Origin: Desulfosudaceae bacterium
GTDB lineage: Bacteria; Desulfobacterota; Desulfobacteria; Desulfobacterales; Desulfosudaceae
Assembly (NCBI GenBank): GCA_963674745.2
Contig: CAXXDV010000003.1
Span: 1,056,001 to 1,120,000, forward strand
Direction: 5' to 3'
DNA: 64,000 bases
Both the position numbers and the translations under genes were made by a program. Below are positions 9,176-17,020 of this stretch, piece after piece. The first letter of the stretch is position 1. The number at the start of each line of letters is the position of its first letter. The notes beneath the pieces were generated by a model that saw only the letters and a program-made list of their open reading frames with translations, was not told where the DNA came from and ran no database searches.

Positions 9176-10783
9176 TTAAGTCGTAATGTCCAGCAACCCG
9201 CCTGAAACGGCAGTTTCATTGAGCAGGGTATCGGTGATCTCTTCTTCGGCATCCCTTATTTTTCGTGCCGGCACGCCAAGGCTTTTGGCCAGCACGGTAA
9301 AGTCGACCTCTTCTTCCGGCCGCTGTTCAAGCGACTGGAAAAGAAGCGAGGTTATCCCCAGTTGATATCGGCTTTGGGTCTGGAATTCCCTGTGGTGCCG
9401 TTTTAACATCCCGGTTTCACTGATCAGAAAGACCCTGGCCTCAGGCCTGGCCAGTTTGGCGCCCAGGGCCAGTGGATACCCCGCGCCGGCAACATCAACA
9501 TCATCCAGCAGAAAACAATTATGCAATCCCGGAGGCATTAAATAAACCATGGCTACCCTGGCAACGGCAGGGCCTTCACAGATAACGATATCTTCGGGTG
9601 TAATAACGGCATTGATCCGTTCAATCGCGTGGATCATGCTATACAGGCGGTCTTCGTGAATGGTCAGGCACTCTCGCAGCCTGGACTTATGGGAAGCGAT
9701 GGTGACGAAAAGCGCCTTTTTCCAGTCACTGTTGATCGAAAGCAGTGATGTCATGTCGGACAAAATTCGGGAGAACTGTTCCATTATGGCCTGGGGCGAG
9801 CCCGACAAGCCGGTGGTAATGGGCATGATTGAGCCAAGAGAAGCCGTCAGTTCAGCGGTCTGGATGATTTTTATGTCGGGATTAAGAGCCGCCAGGGCGG
9901 TTGCCAGGCGGGCGGTTTCCTCATCCGCTTCAAACAGTATAATCAGGTCTGTTTCCGATAACAACCCTCTGTTCTGAGCGTTATCCCAAAGCCAGCATCC
10001 TCCCAGATTCAGTGTATAACCGGCGGCCAGCGTGCCAAAGGCCGGGGTCGAGGTGATGACCGGAGCGCCGGTAATCTGCAGAAAATCGGACAGGGCCTGG
10101 CCGGCCCTGGCCCGTTCCACGTTTCGACCGGCCAGCACCAGGGGTTTGCTGGATTTTTTGATCAACTCAACCGCTTCGGCAAGGCCGCGTTCATCCGGGT
10201 AAATCAGGCCTTTAAACCTGAAATCCGCGTCTGGAAAGAGGTCTCCCATTTTTTTGGCGGACACCCGCTTAAAACCGAATATGACATCTACCGGCGCGTC
10301 CAGGTGAACCGGTCCGGGTTCAGGCGCCAGTGCGGTTTTAAACGCCCGCTGAATGAGGTTGGGAATACGATCCCGGTGGTAGAGAATGGACGTGAACTTG
10401 GTGATGGGTTTGAATATTTCGTCCTGGTCACAGGCCTGCAGGTTTTCCTGGATCGGTTTCATCTTGTATGACTGGACCTGGGGCGAGATGGAAATCAGGG
10501 GCAGTCGTTCTTTCCATGCAAAATAAAGGGCGCCGATTTCATAGGCAATACCGGCACCGACGGTTGACATGACGCAGGCCGGTTTACCTGAAGCCAGGGA
10601 AAAACCGGCCGCCATCAGGGCACCCGCGCCTTCGTGCCGGGGAATGATCAGGGTCATGCCCGGTTCTTCGTCGATGGCAAAATGAATCGGGTTCATCTGG
10701 CCGCCGGGCAGGGTAAACACATGGGATATATTTTCCCTGGCCAGCGATTTAACGATCAGGTCGGCACCTAGCAAAGTCGGCAT
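9176..10783 (-). CDS. ThDP-dependent enzyme (acetolactate-synthase-like), subunit with intact Pyr domain and degenerate PP domain
   Basis: VFTLPGG and RHE(51)GAGALMA present; GDG..NN motif replaced by SETG..QS. Confidence 0.85.
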   Translation of the reverse strand: MPTLLGADLIVKSLARENISHVFTLPGGQMNPIHFAIDEEPGMTLIIPRHEGAGALMAAGFSLASGKPACVMSTVGAGIAYEIGALYFAWKERLPLISISPQVQSYKMKPIQENLQACDQDEIFKPITKFTSILYHRDRIPNLIQRAFKTALAPEPGPVHLDAPVDVIFGFKRVSAKKMGDLFPDADFRFKGLIYPDERGLAEAVELIKKSSKPLVLAGRNVERARAGQALSDFLQITGAPVITSTPAFGTLAAGYTLNLGGCWLWDNAQNRGLLSETDLIILFEADEETARLATALAALNPDIKIIQTAELTASLGSIMPITTGLSGSPQAIMEQFSRILSDMTSLLSINSDWKKALFVTIASHKSRLRECLTIHEDRLYSMIHAIERINAVITPEDIVICEGPAVARVAMVYLMPPGLHNCFLLDDVDVAGAGYPLALGAKLARPEARVFLISETGMLKRHHREFQTQSRYQLGITSLLFQSLEQRPEEEVDFTVLAKSLGVPARKIRDAEEEITDTLLNETAVSGGLLDITT

Positions 10784-10845
10784 GAGGATTGTCTTTCTTT
10801 AAAGATATCGTTTTTGAAAGCGTAATTTTTTTATTCAATCGAAAA

Positions 10846-11455
10846 AGGTTTTAGGTTTATGTGGTTAAGTGGTTAAGTGATTAAGTGATTAAGTGATTAA
10901 GTGATTAAGTGTTTAAGTGATTAAGTGTTTAAGTGTTTAAGTGGTTAAGTGTTTAAGCGGGCGCGGTGTGAGACTTGTTGCAGCCCGCTTTGCGGGGTTT
11001 TAAGTTTTAGAGTGTAATCGTTTTAATTTTTTTAGGTCTTGGTAATGTATGGTCTCGTAGGGGCAACCCCCTGTGGTTGCCCTTCATCAGGGCAGGCACA
11101 GGGGCCTGCCCCTACAATATGCATGAACACCATCCCCGGCCCGGGTTACCCGTTTTGCCCCGGCATTATTCATGAACACCATCCCCGGCCCGGGTTATCC
11201 GTTTTGCCCCGGCCCGTAGGGGCAACCCCCTGTGGTTGCCCTTCATCAGGGCAGGCACGGGGGCCTGCCCCTACAGCATTTGCGGACGGCCTGTAATAAA
11301 GCTGAACCTTAAATCTCGGTCCTTCCCCCGCAAAGCGGGCCGATTCCCGACCTCGAACCCCGTCCCCATAACCACTTAACCACTTAAACACATAATCACT
11401 TAACCACCTAAACACATAACCACCTAAAACCCTAAAACCCTAAAACTCTAAAACC
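10846..11455. repeat. Composite intergenic repeat module
   Basis: (GTG[GAT]TTAA)x12 at 10861-10956; CCCGCTTTGCGGG 10984; REPINs 11057-11115 and 11216-11274; CCCGCAAAGCGGG 11327; inverted 8-mers 11368-11455. Confidence 0.88.
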
Positions 11456-11501
11456 ATCTTCTAAAAGGCCACAGCCTTCCGCTATCTAACCCCTGCCCGT
11501 T

Positions 11502-13352
11502 TTACATGGTCTTAAACAGAAACTTGACCATATTCCATGAATTCCGGCTGAACAGGTTCAACCGGTTTTGATACAAGCGAAGGGCTTTTTTCAGGGGCAG
11601 CGGAAACAAAGACCCCATGAACTCAACCCGTATAAAACTGGCCAGGGCATCAGGATAGACATTTTTATCCGTCGGAATGTCGATCAGTACCGGATGGTCG
11701 GCCTGGATCGCATCCCGGATCATGGCCGGCACGTCTTCCAGCCGGGTAACGCGTTTAACCGTAATGCCGAACGCTTCGGCCACATCGGCGTAATTCTGTT
11801 CCGGCAGTTCCGTGCTGACCGGCCGGTTGACCATCACCTCGCCGGCCCGGATCATGTTCCAGGCGGAATCATTGTTGACCACAATGGTAATCGGCAGGTT
11901 GTAACGTTTCATCAGTTCCAGTTCCTGGATATTGTACATCAGGGAACCATCGCCGGTCAGGAGCATGACCGGTTTTTCCGGGGCGGCCGCTTTAAGCCCC
12001 AGGGCCATGGGAATGCCCACGCCCAGGGTGGCCATGCCGGTGGGGAAAAAAACACGCTTAGGGCCTTTGACGCGCATGGTCATGCCCGCCCACAGGGGGG
12101 TATTGCCACCGTCGACGACAGCAATGGCATCCGATTTTTCGATATATTCCCTGGCGGCCAGCAGTCCGGCCGCGGGATGAAATTTTCCGTCTTTGCCCCG
12201 GTGGTCGCGGGCTTCTTTTTGCAGTCGTTTTTCGTGATCCCGGTTTTTCTGTTTTAAGTGGTTGACCCACCCGGACCAGTCGGGCAGGGGGGGATCATGT
12301 TCGACCAGATCGAGCATCTGGGAGAGAAACAGACCGGCGTCAGCGATGATGGCCGTCCGTGCTCCCGGGTTCAAGGCAATGTACTGGTGATCGATGTTGA
12401 CCTGGATGAACTTGATGCTGCCTGACCAGAGCGGTGGCAGGCCGAAACCGTCCAGGCCGCTGAAACAGGCCCCGACAGCCAGGACCACGTCCGCCTGTTT
12501 GATCGCCGTGTGAAAAGCTTCACCGGCCAGGTAACTTGACGGCCCGATATACATGGGATTGCCCGGGTCAACCACGTCCAGCGCGCCCATACTGGAAAGC
12601 AGCGGAATGCCGGTTTTTTCGGCCAGCCGGTTGAGCAGATCGGCGGCATTGGCTTTGACGACGCCCCCGCCGGCAAAGATGAACGGCCGCCTGGCGGTCC
12701 TGATCAGATCAAGGGCCTGACGGATTTTTTCCGGTTCTCCCATTGGCGGCACAACATGGGGAACCCAGCCGGCAAACGGGTTTTCTCCCCCGGGCACTTT
12801 AATCTCAGATACTTTTCGGGATTCGAGCAGGGGCAGCGGGATACGAATGTGGGCCGTTCCGCCCCGGCCGCTGACGGTTTCCCGGGCGGCGCGCTGGACG
12901 GCGGGCGCCAGATCACGGATCTTGTGGATGGTCGTATGATACACGCAAACCGGCGCGAACACGTCTTCAAGGTTGGTGGCTTCGCGATCAAATACCGGCG
13001 AGCGGGGAAAATCTGTCTCCTGGCACACGGCGATGGTGATTACCGGTGATTTGTCGCCCCAGGCGGTGGTTACGCCCATGACCTGGTTCAGGCAGTGACC
13101 GCCGCCCGTGGTCAGTGAAACCACCGGTTTTCCGGTATAACGGGCACAGGCGTCTGCCATGGGAACACATGCGATATCACTGACCGGTTGAACGAGGTGC
13201 AGACCGTTGATGTTTTTTATCGCCCGGGCAATAAAATCGGTTGTGGGATGATCTTCCATGAAAACGTATTCAATACCGCACGCTTTTAAGGTTTGAACCA
13301 GGATTATGGCGCCGGTTGCATTGTCCCTGTTATTGATATCGGGTGCGCCCAT
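11502..13352 (-). CDS. ThDP-dependent enzyme (acetolactate-synthase-like), subunit with intact PP domain and degenerate Pyr domain
   Basis: TGDGSLMYNIQEL...VNNDSAW intact; N-terminal PG and RHE replaced by EDH and VSD. ATG 13352 follows GGAGA. Confidence 0.88.
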   Translation of the reverse strand: MGAPDINNRDNATGAIILVQTLKACGIEYVFMEDHPTTDFIARAIKNINGLHLVQPVSDIACVPMADACARYTGKPVVSLTTGGGHCLNQVMGVTTAWGDKSPVITIAVCQETDFPRSPVFDREATNLEDVFAPVCVYHTTIHKIRDLAPAVQRAARETVSGRGGTAHIRIPLPLLESRKVSEIKVPGGENPFAGWVPHVVPPMGEPEKIRQALDLIRTARRPFIFAGGGVVKANAADLLNRLAEKTGIPLLSSMGALDVVDPGNPMYIGPSSYLAGEAFHTAIKQADVVLAVGACFSGLDGFGLPPLWSGSIKFIQVNIDHQYIALNPGARTAIIADAGLFLSQMLDLVEHDPPLPDWSGWVNHLKQKNRDHEKRLQKEARDHRGKDGKFHPAAGLLAAREYIEKSDAIAVVDGGNTPLWAGMTMRVKGPKRVFFPTGMATLGVGIPMALGLKAAAPEKPVMLLTGDGSLMYNIQELELMKRYNLPITIVVNNDSAWNMIRAGEVMVNRPVSTELPEQNYADVAEAFGITVKRVTRLEDVPAMIRDAIQADHPVLIDIPTDKNVYPDALASFIRVEFMGSLFPLPLKKALRLYQNRLNLFSRNSWNMVKFLFKTM

Positions 13353-13365
13353 GGCATCTCCATTT

Positions 13366-13971
13366 TTACGGGGTGATAAGCTCAATCATTTTTTTCGATG
13401 CATACTCACCGACATCTGCCAGGGCGTCGATCGGCAGAAAATCGGCGGCATTGGATGAATAAAGACAGGTCACGGATGCCGGAAAATCTTCATCGGCGGC
13501 ATAAAAGATATAGCAGAGGCATATTTTCGGTAAGGGGTTGACGGTAAAGGCCAGATCCCCCCCGATACCATCCGGCGCGCTGCCGCCATTGAAATGTTCC
13601 CGGACGAGGTCGGCCGATTCCATGATTTTGTCCGCATGCGGTACGAGGATCTGTTCGGTGTGGGTGTGAAAAGCGCCGGCATAGGGCATGGTGTCCGGGA
13701 ACTCTTTGTAGGCCCTATACGGTTCCTTGCGGCAGGGCGCTGCTGTCGTATGAAGGGCATAAAGGGAAATGATGATGCCTCTGGGGTCGGTTACCTGAAC
13801 GTTTCCCAGGCTGATCCCCTCGGGTGAAATGATGCAGGTATCGCCGAAAGCGTCAAAAACAAACCGGTCCCCGTCTATTGTCGCCGGCAGGCGGTTGACG
13901 GCCGAACCAGACGCATTTTCATAAAACCTCAACAGGTTGTCGCGGATGATGGCTTCGTAGTTGCTGCCCAT
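13366..13971 (-). CDS. DUF3786-like protein
   Basis: IIISLYAL, PLPKICLCYIFYAADEDFPASVTCLY, FLPIDALAD pattern recalled for DUF3786. Confidence 0.7.
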   Translation of the reverse strand: MGSNYEAIIRDNLLRFYENASGSAVNRLPATIDGDRFVFDAFGDTCIISPEGISLGNVQVTDPRGIIISLYALHTTAAPCRKEPYRAYKEFPDTMPYAGAFHTHTEQILVPHADKIMESADLVREHFNGGSAPDGIGGDLAFTVNPLPKICLCYIFYAADEDFPASVTCLYSSNAADFLPIDALADVGEYASKKMIELITP

Positions 13972-13977
13972 TTTTTT

Positions 13978-14078
13978 GGTTCATCTCCCGACATAAAACA
14001 TCTCAATAGCAAACACTTGAATCCTCGACCCCTTGAATCCTTGAACCCTGTGTGCCCACTAAATTTGGAGAAGAGCCT
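13978..14078. repeat. Small element with imperfect terminal inverted repeats and internal 8-mers
   Basis: GGTTCATCTCC ... GGAGAAGAGCC enclosing CTTGAATC/CTCGACCC-type units. Confidence 0.45.
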
Positions 14079-14234
14079 GTCTTTTAAAAAAGAGTTCCTG
14101 GATACTCAATATGGTCTTGATGTTAACACCGGATTACGGTATAAAATAAACATATCATCAAGTAGGTAATCATACACGGATTTGATTTCACGGCAAACGT
14201 TTTTTAAGATTTACCATTTTTGTTCGGGGGGCAT

Positions 14235-14795
14235 ATGGGGTTAAAAGTCAAGGGAACCGTATTGATAGACCTCGTCAAACAGGTCCGGTCGGCAAAAGAC
14301 CGGAATTGGGAAAAGTATCTGACAGCCGAAGATATGGAGTTGATTAACGGTGAGATAATGACGTCTTCCTGGTATCCGGATGATTTTTTTTACCGCCTGT
14401 CTCTGGCGGTGTTCAAGGTTACCGGCGAATCCAATCTCGACAATTCTTTTGCTTATGGCCAGTTGACTGCTCATAATATGGCCGATGTGTATAAAAATGT
14501 GATCGTTCAAAACGACCCGGCCACCACCATCGAGCGTTTTGTTTCGCGCCGGAAGTCGTTTTTCAGTACCGACTACCAGGACTCTGAAAGAAATCAGGTC
14601 ATCAAGGACGACAAAAAGGTTACCATCTACACCATCAGTGATAAAAAGATTAGGGGAACGGAAGTATCTGAAGTAATAATGTACTCCGTTATGGGTGTGG
14701 CTCATGAGCTGGCCACCATCGTCGGCGGACACAACGTGCAGTCCCATCTGGTTAAGCATAACGAGGGCTTTAAAATAACCATCAGCTGGTTATAG
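14235..14795 (+). CDS. Hypothetical protein, paralog 1 (possibly TIGR02265/V4R-like)
   Basis: VKGT...WYP pattern; shares long identical blocks with the next ORF. Confidence 0.7.
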   Translation: MGLKVKGTVLIDLVKQVRSAKDRNWEKYLTAEDMELINGEIMTSSWYPDDFFYRLSLAVFKVTGESNLDNSFAYGQLTAHNMADVYKNVIVQNDPATTIERFVSRRKSFFSTDYQDSERNQVIKDDKKVTIYTISDKKIRGTEVSEVIMYSVMGVAHELATIVGGHNVQSHLVKHNEGFKITISWL

Positions 14796-14808
14796 GAGAT
14801 AATGGTTT

Positions 14809-15369
14809 ATGACAGTTCAGGTCAAGGGCACCCTTCTGGTTGATCTTGTTAAACAGGTTCGGGTGGCCCGGGATAAAGATTGGGAGACGTATTTGACGCC
14901 GGAAGACATGGTGCTGATCAACGGTGAAATCCTGACATCCGCCTGGTACCCGGATGATTTTTTTTATCGCCTGTCTTTAGCGGTATACAAGGTCATCGGC
15001 GAATCCAGTCTGGATGCCTGTTTCGCCTACGGGCAGCTTGCGGCCCACAATATGGTCGAAGTTTATAAAAACATTTTGGTTCCGGACGATCCGGCCACGA
15101 CCATCGAGCGCTTTGTGGTCCGTCGTCAGACTTTTTTCGAAACGGATTATCCGGATGACGAACAGAATCGCGCGGAAAAGGGTGACGGCCGGATAACGGT
15201 ATATACCATCGCCGACACAAAGATTCGAGGCACAGAAACAGCCGACGTCGTCATCAATTCGCTGCTGGGCATATTTTACGAACTGGCGGTTATCGCCGGC
15301 GGAAAAAATGTCCAAACCGACATTCAACACATAGGCGAACAGCACGCACTGACCGTGACCTGGAATTGA
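14809..15369 (+). CDS. Hypothetical protein, paralog 2
   Basis: RBS AGGAG; tandem paralog of 14235-14795. Confidence 0.75.
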   Translation: MTVQVKGTLLVDLVKQVRVARDKDWETYLTPEDMVLINGEILTSAWYPDDFFYRLSLAVYKVIGESSLDACFAYGQLAAHNMVEVYKNILVPDDPATTIERFVVRRQTFFETDYPDDEQNRAEKGDGRITVYTIADTKIRGTETADVVINSLLGIFYELAVIAGGKNVQTDIQHIGEQHALTVTWN

Positions 15370-15380
15370 CGCCGGCCATG

Positions 15381-16691
15381 TCAGGCGTCACGGTCAAATT
15401 CCGTCGACATATAAAGTTCCACGGGATGACAGACCTGAATGTCTGTTCCGCCATGTTTTGACAACAATCCCGCCAGTTGAATCATGCAGGCCGGGCAGGC
15501 GGTGGCCACCATCCGGCAGCCGCTGGCAATGATATTCTCCCGCTTGCGTCCGCCAATTTTTTCGGACAGGTCGTTGTGGGCCAGCCCGAACCCGCCGCCC
15601 ATGCCGCAGCAGACATCCGCTTCCGCCATTTCAATCAGCCGGTAGGCCGGGTTGGCGGCAATCAGTAGCCGTGGGGCCTGGTGTACGCCCAGGGATTTTT
15701 TCAGATGACATGGGTCGTGATAGGTCACAGCAATGCCCTTATCGTTCGGGCGGGGCGGGTCCGTATCCAGGCCGGCAGCGATCAGTTCCGTTATATCCAT
15801 TGTCTTTTCGGATAATTGTTGGACAAAGGCGTATTCCTGGTCTTGCGGGTCGACCATCATGGGCCAGATTTTTTTGATGGTAAAGGTACAGGTGGCGCAG
15901 GCCGTGACCAGTCGATCAAAAGAAAGCGATTTAAACCGGTTTAGGTTATATGACAGTAACTGCCGGAAGGATTCGCCGTCTCCCGCTGACAGGGCGGGAA
16001 TACCACAGCATCCTTCGCTGTCCGGTAAAATGACGTTAAAACCCTGATGCGCCAGCGCCTTGACGGAAGCCCTGGCTACCTGCGGAAACACCTTGTCGAG
16101 CAGGCAGCCGGTGAAAAAAAGAACCGTTTCTTTTCCGGTCGTCTGTGCCTGATGCTTTTCGACTATTTTTTGACGATGAAAGGGAACCGGTGCCAGCGGC
16201 ACCACATGTCGACCGGCCAGAAGGGGGGAGGCTGTAATCCGGGCGCAACTGGTTCCCAGCCCGGGATTGACTTGTTTTAAAAACAGCCCCTGTGATTTTG
16301 CCGCCAGATCGGCGGCCCGGTTGAATCTTTCCGGTTTTGCCAGCAGCTGCCGGAAAACGATTTTTTTCAAGGGGGACAGGCCCAGGTATCCGGCCAGCAA
16401 CACCCGGGCTTTTAAGAAAATTTCCAGTGTATTGACACCGTTGGGGCAGACACCGGCGCAGCCGCCGCAAAGAAGGCAGCGGTCCAGCCGGTCTTTGACG
16501 CTGTCGGCGTTTTTGACCACCTCGGACATGACGCCTTCCAGGATGGCGATTTTACCCCGGGCCACATCCCTTTCCAGTCTTGTTTGCGGGTAAATCGGGC
16601 AGGCGGACAGGCAAACCCCGCACTGTTTGCAGACGGCGGTCTGTTGTTCGAGCGATCCGGCCAGGCGCGCCAGTTCTTTGATGTGCTTCAT
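15381..16691 (-). CDS. GlcF-like Fe-S oxidoreductase (2x[4Fe-4S] plus two CCG domains)
   Basis: CKQCGVCLSACP, CLLCGGCAGVCP, CCGIP, YHDPCH, CCGMGG, TACPAC. Start moved to 16691 because the upstream extension reads through a repeat end. Confidence 0.88.
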   Translation of the reverse strand: MKHIKELARLAGSLEQQTAVCKQCGVCLSACPIYPQTRLERDVARGKIAILEGVMSEVVKNADSVKDRLDRCLLCGGCAGVCPNGVNTLEIFLKARVLLAGYLGLSPLKKIVFRQLLAKPERFNRAADLAAKSQGLFLKQVNPGLGTSCARITASPLLAGRHVVPLAPVPFHRQKIVEKHQAQTTGKETVLFFTGCLLDKVFPQVARASVKALAHQGFNVILPDSEGCCGIPALSAGDGESFRQLLSYNLNRFKSLSFDRLVTACATCTFTIKKIWPMMVDPQDQEYAFVQQLSEKTMDITELIAAGLDTDPPRPNDKGIAVTYHDPCHLKKSLGVHQAPRLLIAANPAYRLIEMAEADVCCGMGGGFGLAHNDLSEKIGGRKRENIIASGCRMVATACPACMIQLAGLLSKHGGTDIQVCHPVELYMSTEFDRDA

Positions 16692-16793
16692 GCCTATGTC
16701 CGTATTCTTATTGTTGATGGCCTCGTAAAAAGCCCTTATACGCCATTCCGGGCTTGGAGACGGTGCCGTAATGTGTAATTCCAACCTTATTTA

Positions 16794-16860
16794 AGGGCGA
16801 CCAGCCGGTCGCCCCTACGCTCGTGGCCATCCGTATGTAGGGGCGACCGGCTGGTCGCCC
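16794..16860. repeat. Two REPs of the GGGCGACC class, back to back
   Basis: GGGCGACCAGCCGGTCGCCCCTAC and GTAGGGGCGACCGGCTGGTCGCCC. Confidence 0.8.
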
Positions 16861-17020
16861 TTTCGTTTTTAATATTGTTACTCTACACAACAAAACATTA
16901 TCCGGCAACACGGAAAACCGTATTGGTGTCAACTGCTTAATTTCTTGACAAATATTGGCCAGGTTGGTGTACAATGTAAAAGGTTCATGACAAAAAACCC
17001 TTCATGAAAAGAGCATTCCA

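Noticed and set aside
10861..10956. 8-mer tract as replication iterons or a true telomere
   Set aside because: Internal, repeated at many intergenic sites, with no rep gene or DnaA-box cluster nearby.
9176..13352. ThDP genes as decaying pseudogenes
   Set aside because: Both ORFs are uninterrupted and the motif losses are complementary rather than random.
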